Positions 36,446-46,471 of a stretch of DNA of 64,000 nt are shown here, piece by piece (position 1 is the stretch's first letter; every line of letters begins with the position of its first letter). The notes beneath the pieces are model-generated. The model did no database searches and had not been told where the DNA came from. It saw only the letters and a list, made by a program, of their open reading frames with translations. Position numbers and translations under genes: made by a program. Source of the stretch: Thermodesulfobacteriota bacterium (lineage in GTDB: Bacteria > Desulfobacterota_D > UBA1144 > Nemesobacterales > UBA2774); the NCBI GenBank assembly GCA_965216785.1, contig OZ244197.1:2592001-2656000 (forward strand), written 5' to 3'.

Positions 36446-38176
36446 ATGAATAAGAACCAGGAAATAGCCCTCATCTTCGAGCGCATCTCAAACATGCTTA
36501 GCGTGCTCGATGAAAACCCCTTTAAGATACGCGCTTACAAAAAAGCTGCGTTAAATATTTCAGAGCTCGGTGAGGACATAGAGGAAAGAGCCGGTAAGGA
36601 TGACCTGACTTCGATTCCGGGGGTCGGGAAAGACCTGGCGGCCAAGGTTAAGGAATATGTAGACACCGGCAAAATTGCTGAGTATGAGAAGCTTTCAAAG
36701 ACCGTGCCGCTTGAGCTTATCGAGCTTCTAAGAATCCAGGGCTTGGGACCCAAAACCCTCTCGCTGCTGTTCAAAGAGCTGGGTGTGAAGTCAATCTCAG
36801 ACCTTGAAAAAGCGCTCGACGGGGAAGAGATTTTAAGCTTTAAGGGACTTGGCGAAAAGAAGATAAATGACATTAAAAAGGGAATCTCGATTTTTAAACA
36901 GAGTAAAGAGAGAACGCTTCTAGGAGCGGCGCTACCTATTTCAGAGCTCATAATAAACGCAATTGACAATATCCCCGGTACAGAAGGCACCGTGGCCGCG
37001 GGCTCGCTCAGGAGGTTCAGGGAGACCGTGAGGGATATAGACATCCTAACCATGTCCGATAACACTGAGGATACGGTTAAAGCGTTTACCGAAATGCCGT
37101 TTGTAAAGGACGTACTGGCATCCGGCAGCACCAAAGGGAGCGTTATTGCGGGAGACGGGCTTAATTCCGGCATACAGGTCGATCTCCGGGTCGTCGGGCC
37201 CGAGTCCTACGGCGCGGCGCTTCAGTACTTCTCGGGCTCAAAAGCCCATAACGTAAGAGTAAGGTCGCTTGCCACAAAAAAAGGGCTCAAGATAAACGAA
37301 TACGGTGTGTATAAAGGTGACAAAAAAATAGCAGGCGAGACAGAGCGAGAGGTATATGAATCCCTCGGCCTCCCTCTCATCCCGCCCGAGCTCCGTGAAG
37401 ACCGCGGAGAGATTGAAGCCGCGCTTGAAGGCAAGCTCCCCGATCTTATCGAGCTGAGCGATATAAAAGGCGATCTTCACATGCACACCACCTGGAGCGA
37501 CGGTAAAGCGACAATAAAAGAGATGGCCGAGAGCGCTAAGAAGCTTGGATATAAATATGTTGCAATCACAGACCACTCACCCTCATCCGTAATTGCAAAC
37601 GGCCTTTCCGTTAAAAGGCTAAAGGAAAAGAAAAAAGAGCTTGAGGAAGCCGACAAAGAGATAAAGGGAATCAAGATACTTATGGGTACGGAGGTCGATA
37701 TAAAACCCGACGGCACTCTCGACTATCCTGACCAGGTGCTTAAGGAGCTGGACATCGTCATCGCTTCGGTCCACAGCGGATTCAAAATGGATATCGAGAC
37801 AATGACAGAGCGCATTCTGAGCGCTGTAAAAAACCCCTATGTACACGCGATCGGGCACCCTACAGGCAGGCTGATAAACGAGCGCGATCCCTACGAGGTC
37901 GATATCGACAGACTCATTCAAGCGGCTCTAGAGCACGGTAAAGCCCTTGAAGTAAACGGGTCCTACCCAAGGCTCGACCTTAAAGACCTACACGTTAGAA
38001 AGGCTGTTAAGGCGGGGGTAAAAATCATTATCTCGACCGACGCTCACAGTCCCGAGCAGCTTCTCCAGATGAAGCTCGGCATAGGCACGGCAAGAAGGGG
38101 CTGGGTGGAGAAAGGCTCCGTTCTCAATACATTAGAAACTAAAGAGCTTTTGAAATGGCTCTCAATGAACCGGTGA
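36446..38176 (+). CDS. polX: DNA polymerase X with PHP 3'-5' exonuclease domain
   Basis: GSLRR...DIDIL, VDLR, YFSGSK.HN, PPELRE, DLHMHT, TDHS, GHPTGR, STDAH. Confidence 0.96.
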   Translation: MNKNQEIALIFERISNMLSVLDENPFKIRAYKKAALNISELGEDIEERAGKDDLTSIPGVGKDLAAKVKEYVDTGKIAEYEKLSKTVPLELIELLRIQGLGPKTLSLLFKELGVKSISDLEKALDGEEILSFKGLGEKKINDIKKGISIFKQSKERTLLGAALPISELIINAIDNIPGTEGTVAAGSLRRFRETVRDIDILTMSDNTEDTVKAFTEMPFVKDVLASGSTKGSVIAGDGLNSGIQVDLRVVGPESYGAALQYFSGSKAHNVRVRSLATKKGLKINEYGVYKGDKKIAGETEREVYESLGLPLIPPELREDRGEIEAALEGKLPDLIELSDIKGDLHMHTTWSDGKATIKEMAESAKKLGYKYVAITDHSPSSVIANGLSVKRLKEKKKELEEADKEIKGIKILMGTEVDIKPDGTLDYPDQVLKELDIVIASVHSGFKMDIETMTERILSAVKNPYVHAIGHPTGRLINERDPYEVDIDRLIQAALEHGKALEVNGSYPRLDLKDLHVRKAVKAGVKIIISTDAHSPEQLLQMKLGIGTARRGWVEKGSVLNTLETKELLKWLSMNR

Positions 38177-38192
38177 TTTGAAAAGAAATATT

Positions 38193-40226
38193 ATGACAGC
38201 TGATACTAATAAAATATCGAAAAAAGACGCGGCTCAGAAAATCAATGAGCTTTCTAAAGAGCTTGAGCGTCACAACTATCTTTACTACGTGAAGAATAGC
38301 CCCGAAATTTCAGACTCAGAGTTCGACGAGAAGTTAAATGAGCTTAAGAAGCTGGAAGCCCAATTCCCGGAGCTTATAAAACCCGACTCCCCCACCCAGC
38401 GCGTAGGCGGCGCAGTCGCAGAAGGTTTTAAGTCCGTCAAACACTCAGTGCCGATGATGAGCATAGATAATATCTCCGACATTGACGGCGCGCTAGACTT
38501 CGATAAAAGGGTAAAGAAAATCCTGGGACTCGAAAACGGTGTCATCGATTATGTGGCCGAACCTAAATTTGACGGCGTCTCCGCCTCACTCACTTATGAG
38601 AACGGATTATTCACAAGGGGCGCTACACGAGGAAACGGCACTGTAGGAGAAGACGTCACCGCAAACCTAAAGACTATAAATACCATCCCGCTCAGGTTAA
38701 GCGGCAATGGGAGCATACCCGAGCTTATCGAGATCAGGGGAGAGGTACTCTATCCGCTGGAGTCCTTCAAGGCACTCAATAACGAGCTTGCCGAGCAGGG
38801 AGAGCCTCTGTTCGCTAATCCCAGGAACGCCGCCTCCGGGGCCATCAGACAGTTGGATTCCGCTATTACAGCGGGAAGACCGCTTGATTTTTATTCCTGG
38901 GGTATAGGAGCTGTACAAGGCTACGATATAAACACAGAGTGGGACATTGTGCAGTCGCTCCGCACTTGGGGGTTTAAGGTCGAAGACCGAATCATGAGAT
39001 GCAAAGGTATAGAAGAGGCCATTTCTTATCAGAAAGAGATTGAGACGGTAAGAGATGATCTCCCTTACGAAGCTGATGGCATAGTGATTAAAGTAAACCG
39101 TAAGGACTATCAAAGAGAGCTAGGAACAACAGCTAAGCACCCGCGCTGGAACATAGCGTATAAATTCAAGCCCCGCCAGGCAACAACGAAAATAAACGAC
39201 GTCACCATACAGGTCGGGCGAGTCGGTCTTCTCACGCCGGTGGCAGAGCTCGAGCCTGTGAAGATTTCAGGTATCACCATAAAGCGCGCGTCCCTTCACA
39301 CGATGGACATAATAAATGAAAGGGACATACGCATCGGCGACACGGTTCTTGTGCAAAGAGCCGGAGACGTCATACCCGAGGTCGTGATGCCTATTAAGGA
39401 AAAGAGGAGTGTGGAGGAAAAAGAAATTGTTATGCCGGACACCTGCCCTTCCTGCGGGACTCCTGTCGAAAAAGAGGGCTCATATTACTACTGCCCCAAC
39501 ATTGCCTGCACAGCCCAGCTAAAGGGACGAATCACACATCTTGCCTCCCGCAGAGCCTTCGACATCGAGGGTCTCGGAGAAAAAATAGTGGAGCAGCTTA
39601 TGAAAGAAGGCCTCGTACATGATATGGGCGATATCTTCAACCTCAAGAAAGAGGCGCTTCTTCCACTTGAAAGATTCGCGGAAAAATCGGCTGAGAACCT
39701 TGAGAAGGAAATAGAAAACGCTAAGTCCGTTAATTTTGAGCGCTTTATAAACGCCCTCAGCATCCGCCACGTCGGTGAGCGCACGGCTCAGATACTGGCC
39801 CACAATTTTCCCGATATATCGGCGCTGATGAGCGCGTCCAGAGAAGAGCTTACTTCAATTCACACCATCGGCTCTGAAATTGCGGAGAGTGTTGCTCACT
39901 TTTTTGAGACAGAGAAAAACACGGAGCTCGTCGATAAAATGCTCCACGCTGGAATCACCATACAATATCCGGAGAATACTCAGGAAAGTGATGAGCTAAA
40001 CGGGCAAACCTTCGTATTTACCGGTGGACTCGAATCTCTCACCAGGGATGAAGCCGCAAAGCTTGTCGAAAACCACGGGGGCCGTACGACATCGTCAGTT
40101 ACCAAGAAAACAAGCTATGTCGTCGTAGGAAAAGACCCTGGGTCCAAATACGAAAAAGCTCTCTCGCTCGGGATCGAGATACTCACCGAAGATGAGTTTA
40201 AAAAACTAATAGATTCATACAAGTAG
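38193..40226 (+). CDS. ligA: NAD-dependent DNA ligase
   Basis: EPKFDG, TRGNG, ANPRN, DGIVIK, RAGDVIP, C4 zinc finger, HhH repeats, BRCT domain. Confidence 0.98.
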   Translation: MTADTNKISKKDAAQKINELSKELERHNYLYYVKNSPEISDSEFDEKLNELKKLEAQFPELIKPDSPTQRVGGAVAEGFKSVKHSVPMMSIDNISDIDGALDFDKRVKKILGLENGVIDYVAEPKFDGVSASLTYENGLFTRGATRGNGTVGEDVTANLKTINTIPLRLSGNGSIPELIEIRGEVLYPLESFKALNNELAEQGEPLFANPRNAASGAIRQLDSAITAGRPLDFYSWGIGAVQGYDINTEWDIVQSLRTWGFKVEDRIMRCKGIEEAISYQKEIETVRDDLPYEADGIVIKVNRKDYQRELGTTAKHPRWNIAYKFKPRQATTKINDVTIQVGRVGLLTPVAELEPVKISGITIKRASLHTMDIINERDIRIGDTVLVQRAGDVIPEVVMPIKEKRSVEEKEIVMPDTCPSCGTPVEKEGSYYYCPNIACTAQLKGRITHLASRRAFDIEGLGEKIVEQLMKEGLVHDMGDIFNLKKEALLPLERFAEKSAENLEKEIENAKSVNFERFINALSIRHVGERTAQILAHNFPDISALMSASREELTSIHTIGSEIAESVAHFFETEKNTELVDKMLHAGITIQYPENTQESDELNGQTFVFTGGLESLTRDEAAKLVENHGGRTTSSVTKKTSYVVVGKDPGSKYEKALSLGIEILTEDEFKKLIDSYK

Positions 40227-40234
40227 CTTACAAA

Positions 40235-40388
40235 TGTCATTGCGAGCGAAGTAATACCATTCTTATTGTCACCCCGGATTACGTGCCGGGATCTCATCTT
40301 TTTCATTCGCTTTTTTCTTCTCCTCCCCCCATTGCGGGGGAGGATTAAAGGTGGGGGGGCCATCCTACCTTGAGGCCTTCTAATGACA
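40235..40388. repeat. Composite degenerate REP/MITE-like element
   Basis: Ends TGTCATT...AATGACA; internal TGTCACCCCGG...CCGGGATC and CTCCCCC...GGGGGAGG palindromes. Confidence 0.55.
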
Positions 40389-40430
40389 TGTCCTTTACAA
40401 CCATAACGTTTATTCTGTAGAATAGGAGCT

Positions 40431-40781
40431 ATGAAAAAATTTCAAACAACTAAATCAGCGCCCGCCGTAGTAATTATTATCGGAATTTTCACCCTAATAT
40501 TCTCAGGCTGTTTCGGCGAGAAATACAAAATCGAATCACCCAAGGTAAGCGGTGCGGAAGAAGTCTCAAATAGCTGCTCGCAAAACCTGGGACTTGACGA
40601 AGAAGACAGAGAGCAGCTCGCGAAGGTACTCAAGAATAACGGCAGCAAATATAACGATGAATTTAAACTTGAGGCGATGTTGATAATCACAGAATCCGAC
40701 GGCGTCGCGCCCGAGGACAGGAATGCGGTCGAAAAAACCTATTTTTCCTGTATTGAGAATGCAGTCAATACCTCAAAGTAA
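40431..40781 (+). CDS. Hypothetical lipoprotein
   Basis: AGGAG RBS, lipobox FSGC, two further Cys. Confidence 0.75.
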   Translation: MKKFQTTKSAPAVVIIIGIFTLIFSGCFGEKYKIESPKVSGAEEVSNSCSQNLGLDEEDREQLAKVLKNNGSKYNDEFKLEAMLIITESDGVAPEDRNAVEKTYFSCIENAVNTSK

Positions 40782-40813
40782 ACTCTGATGGCAATATTCA
40801 GAGAGTCTGCTCA

Positions 40814-41548
40814 CTACCGGGCTCTCTGCCTAACAATCTCATAGAGCATCATCCCGGCTGCGACCGAAGCGTTAAGTGAAGACACTTTCCCTGACTTTGG
40901 GATAGAAACCAAAAAATCGCAGGAATCTTTTACGGATTTAGATAGCCCCCTGCCCTCGCTCCCTATCACGAGAGCTATGTCGAGGTTCTTAAAATCCTGC
41001 TCATATATTGTCTGCTCCGAGTCGGCATCGGCACCGACTATCCAAACCCCGTCTTTTTTTAATTCCTTTATTTCACGCGTGATGTTAACAACCCTGGCGA
41101 CAGGAACATGGTTCACCGCTCCGGAAGAAGCTTTAATTACAGACGGGGTCACGGCAGCGGCCCTGTCTTTTGGTATCACAACTCCGTGCGCTCCCAGGAA
41201 ATCCACCGTTCTGACTATAGCCCCGAGGTTCTGAGGGTCTTCAATATGGTCTAGAATGACAATCAGCAGGTTTTCAGAGCTTTTTCCTGCGGTTTTCACG
41301 ATTTGTGAAATATCCGAGTACTGAAAATCCCGTATTTTTGCCACTACACCCTGATGAGAAGAGTTTCCCGCAAGCCTGTTTAGCGCTTCACGGGGGAGGA
41401 AAGAGACCTTTACGCCTCTTTTTTTAGCAAGCTTTACTATATCGGAGACGTTTGCGGATTTTACGTCCTTATTGACAATAACCTCGTCGATACCGGATCC
41501 CGGGTCAGAAAGGGCTTCATTGACGGGATTTTTCCCGTAGATAATCAT
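40814..41548 (-). CDS. rlmB: 23S rRNA (G2251-2'-O)-methyltransferase
   Basis: YGKNPV.EAL, HQGVVA, DPQNLGAIVR, GSEGRG, SLNASVAAG. Confidence 0.95.
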   Translation of the reverse strand: MIIYGKNPVNEALSDPGSGIDEVIVNKDVKSANVSDIVKLAKKRGVKVSFLPREALNRLAGNSSHQGVVAKIRDFQYSDISQIVKTAGKSSENLLIVILDHIEDPQNLGAIVRTVDFLGAHGVVIPKDRAAAVTPSVIKASSGAVNHVPVARVVNITREIKELKKDGVWIVGADADSEQTIYEQDFKNLDIALVIGSEGRGLSKSVKDSCDFLVSIPKSGKVSSLNASVAAGMMLYEIVRQRAR

Positions 41549-41592
41549 ATTATTACTCTCATGGTCTGAAATAGTTCCGGGATACTGAGAAT

Positions 41593-42939
41593 TTATTGAT
41601 CTTGTGCGCTCTCTTTTCCAAACTCTGTGCGAGCTTCATCAATTTTAAGAATCACGTTGTCCTTTATCCACTTATTGTCCCACCACTCAATCGGTCTCAC
41701 GGCAACGCCGTTTACATACACCCCATAGTGAAGGTGATCTCCGGCGGCAAGCCCGGTCTCACCGGTTTTACCTATTATATCGTTTTTCTTCAGCCGGTCT
41801 CCCACGTTCACGTCAATTGTGCTCATGTGCCCGTATAATGTAGAAACTCCCATACCGTGGTCTATTATCACCGTATTCCCGTAAATGCCCAGATCGCCCG
41901 CGTATACGACTACGCCGTTATTTGCGGCCTCAATCGGGTAGCGCTTGGTTACAGCCAGGTCATAGCCCAAATGATACTGATTATCTATCGGCTCACCGTT
42001 ATAAATGTAAGTTCTGTGATCCGCGAAATTGGCCTCTACTTTTGAGTTTGAAAGCTGCGTAAACGGCCCTTCCCACATAAGCTCACCTTTGGAATCGCTC
42101 GAGACTTCATTTATCGTAGAATCATTTGCTTTCCTTAATTCGTTGTTAACTTTAAGAAATTTTTCCTTTTGAGTAAGCTCTGTGCTGCTCTCACCGGTAA
42201 GCGGTCCGATTACGTTCTGTATGAAGTTTTCGCTTATGTTTATATCGCTTTCTCTGTAATTTATATTCTTCAGGTCATACGCAAGCCCCGTACGCTTCAT
42301 GTTCCCGGCTTCGTCAACCGCTGCGACAAAGATACTCTGCCCCGGCTCAACGTCGTAGGGATAAGCAAAGAACGCAAAATGCACGTTTTCATCGGAGAGC
42401 CCGGCTTTGTAACCCGGGAAGTAGTAGTCCCCTACTAACACGCCGCTATCGGCTACGTCCGGGGACGTTCTATAGACCACAAGACCCGATCCTCCATGGT
42501 TTATGTACTGCTCAGTACTCACTATATCGAGCTCCGGAGGCTTTAAGTCCAATATGAGTTCCTTATATAAAGTAGATTCATTGCCTGAAAATATCTTTAT
42601 TTTCGAGTGATCCTTAGCGGTTACGACAAGCTCGACCTTCCCCTCTTGAGCCCCCGCTTTTTTCGGATCCAGGACGATTTCGATATTATCCCCCTTTACT
42701 CCTGGAGGATAGTTCTTACTAAAGAGCACAGCTTCCCCACCCTCGCTATTAAGGACAACAGAGACCATTTTCAACCCTGTTCCCTCATCCCTTACCTCAA
42801 GATCAAAAGGCTCTACACCCAGATACTCAGAGTCCAAACCAAGATCTATCTCAGGTGACGTCCACTCGACGGCAGGGTAAATATAAGATAATCCTGCCAC
42901 TATCAATAAAAACAAAGCTATATATAGGTATCTTCTCAT
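41593..42939 (-). CDS. M23 family metallopeptidase
   Basis: HLGYD, YGNTVIIDHG, LYGHMS, GDHLHY; N-terminal anchor. Confidence 0.93.
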   Translation of the reverse strand: MRRYLYIALFLLIVAGLSYIYPAVEWTSPEIDLGLDSEYLGVEPFDLEVRDEGTGLKMVSVVLNSEGGEAVLFSKNYPPGVKGDNIEIVLDPKKAGAQEGKVELVVTAKDHSKIKIFSGNESTLYKELILDLKPPELDIVSTEQYINHGGSGLVVYRTSPDVADSGVLVGDYYFPGYKAGLSDENVHFAFFAYPYDVEPGQSIFVAAVDEAGNMKRTGLAYDLKNINYRESDINISENFIQNVIGPLTGESSTELTQKEKFLKVNNELRKANDSTINEVSSDSKGELMWEGPFTQLSNSKVEANFADHRTYIYNGEPIDNQYHLGYDLAVTKRYPIEAANNGVVVYAGDLGIYGNTVIIDHGMGVSTLYGHMSTIDVNVGDRLKKNDIIGKTGETGLAAGDHLHYGVYVNGVAVRPIEWWDNKWIKDNVILKIDEARTEFGKESAQDQ

Positions 42940-42984
42940 AACTCTTGCACTCAGTCTCCGTGTTTATGTTTTCCCAAAACCAAT

Positions 42985-43269
42985 CTAGAAATATCGACTA
43001 ATCTCTTTCTCATAGTCGGCGAAATACCTTGGTATAACACTTATGTTAAAGCTGCTCAATATAGATTCCTTAGGCTCACGTTCGAGCAGATATATAAAAG
43101 ACACTTCGACCAACCGTGGCGCCACAATCTTACCTTCTGTAAGGGTCTCGCAATACTCTCTGTCCAGTGTAACCCGGTGCGATGTGCTCGAATCCCCCTC
43201 CACAACCTCCACATCAAAGACCATGTCCGCAGAATCAGAATCAATCTCTTTAATTTTGATTTCAGCCAT
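42985..43269 (-). CDS. Hypothetical protein (94 aa)
   Basis: GAGGTG RBS; SF.YLLEREPKESIL..F.I.VI.RYF segment looks like a conserved small-protein family. Confidence 0.8.
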   Translation of the reverse strand: MAEIKIKEIDSDSADMVFDVEVVEGDSSTSHRVTLDREYCETLTEGKIVAPRLVEVSFIYLLEREPKESILSSFNISVIPRYFADYEKEISRYF

Positions 43270-43353
43270 ATGTTTACACCTCTTTTGAATCTTATCGGGA
43301 ATTATTATAACCTACTCTAAATTAAGCAGAAACAACTTTTTACCAAAATTCTA

Positions 43354-43989
43354 ATGGATATTATCAAATTCGACCACGAAACACACAGTATACGCAGAGC
43401 AGCCGATCTTGTGCTCAGCGCTTATGAGCTCAGCTCACCCGATAACGACCAAACCAGAAAAACTGTTATGGGTCTGATCGAATCCGGCAATAATTTCCTC
43501 GGGCATGAGAACATGTATATATCAATCGAGAACGGTATTATCACAGGACTGATAGTATGTTACGCCGGCAAATCCGGGACTACTTTCCAGGCGCTCATCC
43601 GGCTTCTCACTGAGCTCCGCTTAAAGGAGCTTATTAACCTTATCATTCTTAACGCGGAGCTTTTACATACGGGATACACGCCTGAGCTCTGCGAAGACGA
43701 TTTTTATATCAGCCTCATCGTCGTTGATGAAAACCACAGGGGAAAGAGTCTTGGAACAAAATTGATACAAAAGGCGATAGAAATTGCTAAGGATAAAGGC
43801 TGCACTAAAGTTGTTTTAGACGTCGATTTCGACAACGGGCCCGCCAGAGCGCTCTACGAAAAATTAGGATTTACATTGAAAAATGAAAACCCGACATCAG
43901 TCAAAGGCGCTGTTCCCTCCGAAATTTTTACAATGGAGTATTCAATTGAATATAGGGATCAGGAAATTCGGCATCAGGTAAAGGCATGA
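43354..43989 (+). CDS. GNAT family N-acetyltransferase
   Basis: FYISLIVV...RGKSLGTKL, N..ARALYEKLGF. Confidence 0.92.
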   Translation: MDIIKFDHETHSIRRAADLVLSAYELSSPDNDQTRKTVMGLIESGNNFLGHENMYISIENGIITGLIVCYAGKSGTTFQALIRLLTELRLKELINLIILNAELLHTGYTPELCEDDFYISLIVVDENHRGKSLGTKLIQKAIEIAKDKGCTKVVLDVDFDNGPARALYEKLGFTLKNENPTSVKGAVPSEIFTMEYSIEYRDQEIRHQVKA

Positions 43990-43993
43990 GCGG

Positions 43994-44920
43994 ATGAGTG
44001 ATTTCAAAAACAATTTCAGCTGGTCCATTTCCCGCGACTCCCTGTTTAGGGAATGTAAAAGGAAATACTACTACAATTACTACGGCTCTTGGGGCGGCTG
44101 GGAAAGAGATAAAGCCGACAAAGTAACCCGTACTCTCTACGTACTTAAAAACCTTCAAAACATACACATGTGGAAAGGCTCCACCGTGCATTGGGAGATC
44201 GAGAGAATTCTAAAAGAGCTTACCTCTACAGGCCGATTGCCCCCGGAGAGTAAATCGACCCAGAGAGTAACCGAGCTTATGAGAGAGGAATTCAAGTCTT
44301 CCCGCGAGGCTGCGTATTGGAATAAGCAGGGCAGCATGAAAAACGAGACCGCTCTTTTCGAGCACGAATACAAAACAAATACACCCAACGAAACTTGGAA
44401 ACAAAACTACGATGATGTGATTATGTGCCTAGGGAATTTTTACAACTCCGATGTGCTGAGACGTATGGAGAAACTTCCCAAAGAAGCCGTGATTTCGATA
44501 GAAAGCATGACTGCGGCATCACTTTCGTTCACCCCCGAGATCATTTTCGTCAAGCTGGACCTTGCTCTAGAATCAGGGGATGGAATTGAGATTATCGACT
44601 GGAAAACCGGTAAAGCAAAGTCAGATGAGCTTCAGTTCAGGGTATATACACTGTTTGCAAACGAGGAATATGATCTCCCGCCCGATGAAATTATAGTAAA
44701 CGAAGTTAATCTCATGAACGACGAATCATTCAAGCATAATTTTAGCCCCAGGGAGCTAATTGAATCACAAGAGTATATAAACAAAAGCATTGGCGCTATG
44801 AAGAGCATGCTGAAAGATCCTGATGAGAATATAGCCGTCATGACCGATTTCCCCAGAACCGATAACGAAAGGATTTGCGAGTCCTGCAACTTCAAAAAAA
44901 TCTGCTTTGATCTGGATTAA
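43994..44920 (+). CDS. PD-(D/E)XK nuclease, RecB/AddB/Cas4-like
   Basis: C.RKYY, GSTVH, KLD...IIDWKTG, Q..VY, C-terminal CESC.FKKIC. Confidence 0.88.
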   Translation: MSDFKNNFSWSISRDSLFRECKRKYYYNYYGSWGGWERDKADKVTRTLYVLKNLQNIHMWKGSTVHWEIERILKELTSTGRLPPESKSTQRVTELMREEFKSSREAAYWNKQGSMKNETALFEHEYKTNTPNETWKQNYDDVIMCLGNFYNSDVLRRMEKLPKEAVISIESMTAASLSFTPEIIFVKLDLALESGDGIEIIDWKTGKAKSDELQFRVYTLFANEEYDLPPDEIIVNEVNLMNDESFKHNFSPRELIESQEYINKSIGAMKSMLKDPDENIAVMTDFPRTDNERICESCNFKKICFDLD

Positions 44921-45027
44921 CTTCAATACCATAATATCCGGCAATTAATTAAACGATCTGCTTTACACTGTGATTTCTGTCATATTACGAATAATGATAT
45001 TATATTTAAGCATAGGGAAAAGATCAC

Positions 45028-46371
45028 ATGTCTGAGCTAGTAAAGAAAATAAACTATTTTTTCACAAACCAACTGTGGTCCATAGATACGAACGCGCTCA
45101 ACAGAACCCGTTCGTTCTTCGTCAATCTGATCAGGCTGCTTTACGTAACCGTCCGTGAATTCATGGAAAACGAGCTCACGCTAAGAGCCATGAGCTTGGT
45201 ATATACCACACTCCTATCACTCGTTCCCCTTCTGGCATTCTGCATTTCACTGCTAAAAGCGTTCGGGGTTGTGGATAATAAGCTCGAGCCTTTTTTATTG
45301 AGTTTTTTAGAGCCTCTTGGCCCCAAGGGTGTTGAAGTATCCAATCAAATACTTGAGTTCATAGGGCGTATAAACTTCGGCGTACTCGGGTTTATCGGGC
45401 TTCTGCTTTTAATATACACTTCAGTATCGGTTATAAATAAGATCGAGGATTCTCTGAATATAATTTGGAAGGTCAAGAAAGGAAGGGGCCTGGCCAGAAG
45501 GTTCAGTGATTATCTTACAATTCTTTTAGTCGGACCGGTACTTATGGTAGCGGCACTCGGCGTGATGGCTACGCTCGAGAGCAATACGGTAGTTACAAAA
45601 ATTTTATCCATAGAACCCCTTGGCACCATAGTCCTATTCGCATGGCAGTTGATACCCTACCTTTTCGTAGTCCTTGTTTTTAGCTTTATTTATATACTGA
45701 TTCCCAATACGAAAGTTAATGTAAAATCAGCACTCCTTGGAGGCGCGATAGCCGGCTTGGTGTGGCATATAGCAAGCTGGGGCTTTACTATCTCGGTCGC
45801 GTCTTCGACCAAGTACGCCGCGATCTACTCGAGCCTGGCGCTTCTTATCATATTTATGATCTGGCTGTACTTAAACTGGCTCATCCTGCTTGCGGGGGCG
45901 CAGATCGCCTTTTGCTATCAGAACCTCAAATTCCTAACGGTCAAAAAAGAGGTGTTCAACCTAAGTACCAAACTGAAAGAGAAACTATCATTAGTTGTGA
46001 TGTTCCTGATCGGACACAGCTTTTATCACGGTGAGGAGCGCTGGACACTCCATTCACTCACCGAGCATCTAAAGCTTCCCCAGGATCCTGTGGAGGAAGC
46101 GGTCAAGGAGCTTGAAGAGAATAAGCTCATTATAGAGACAGGAGACGAGACCCCCTACCTAATCCCGTCAAGATCATTAGAGAACATTAAATTAAAAGAC
46201 ATACTCTGCTCAACAAGATCGGGGTATCATACGGACGAGCTTGAGAATAAGTACCTTTCCATTCCCGAGGTAGACTCGGTTTCTACCGAGGTGGAGAAGG
46301 CAATAGACCATGCGTTAGGCGAGAAATCATTAAGGGACCTAGTGACAATAAAGCCATCTAATAAGAATTGA
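45028..46371 (+). CDS. YihY/BrkB family membrane protein with C-terminal wHTH-like domain
   Basis: RAMSLVYTTLLSLVP, IEDSLNIIW, IPNTKV, IYSSLA...WLYLNW..LL.GA. Confidence 0.92.
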   Translation: MSELVKKINYFFTNQLWSIDTNALNRTRSFFVNLIRLLYVTVREFMENELTLRAMSLVYTTLLSLVPLLAFCISLLKAFGVVDNKLEPFLLSFLEPLGPKGVEVSNQILEFIGRINFGVLGFIGLLLLIYTSVSVINKIEDSLNIIWKVKKGRGLARRFSDYLTILLVGPVLMVAALGVMATLESNTVVTKILSIEPLGTIVLFAWQLIPYLFVVLVFSFIYILIPNTKVNVKSALLGGAIAGLVWHIASWGFTISVASSTKYAAIYSSLALLIIFMIWLYLNWLILLAGAQIAFCYQNLKFLTVKKEVFNLSTKLKEKLSLVVMFLIGHSFYHGEERWTLHSLTEHLKLPQDPVEEAVKELEENKLIIETGDETPYLIPSRSLENIKLKDILCSTRSGYHTDELENKYLSIPEVDSVSTEVEKAIDHALGEKSLRDLVTIKPSNKN

Positions 46372-46471
46372 TTTACCCTAAAATGCGGCCCAACATCCTT
46401 CTCTACGTTATGTACCGTAACAGCTTCTTTACTAGGATGTTCAAATTTCTCTCTGTAGGTATTGTTTAAAG

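Noticed and set aside
36535-37173. Long antisense ORFs (here, and also 51176-51769, 57224-57844, 8047-8520)
   Set aside because: They are shadows of well-supported genes on the opposite strand, with no motifs of their own.
40115-40363. 82-aa basic ORF MAPPPLILPRNGGRRRK
   Set aside because: It is a translation of the palindromic repeat element and overlaps the end of ligA in antisense.
43994-44920. CRISPR-Cas locus
   Set aside because: Only a Cas4-like nuclease; no repeat-spacer array or other cas genes were seen in the window.
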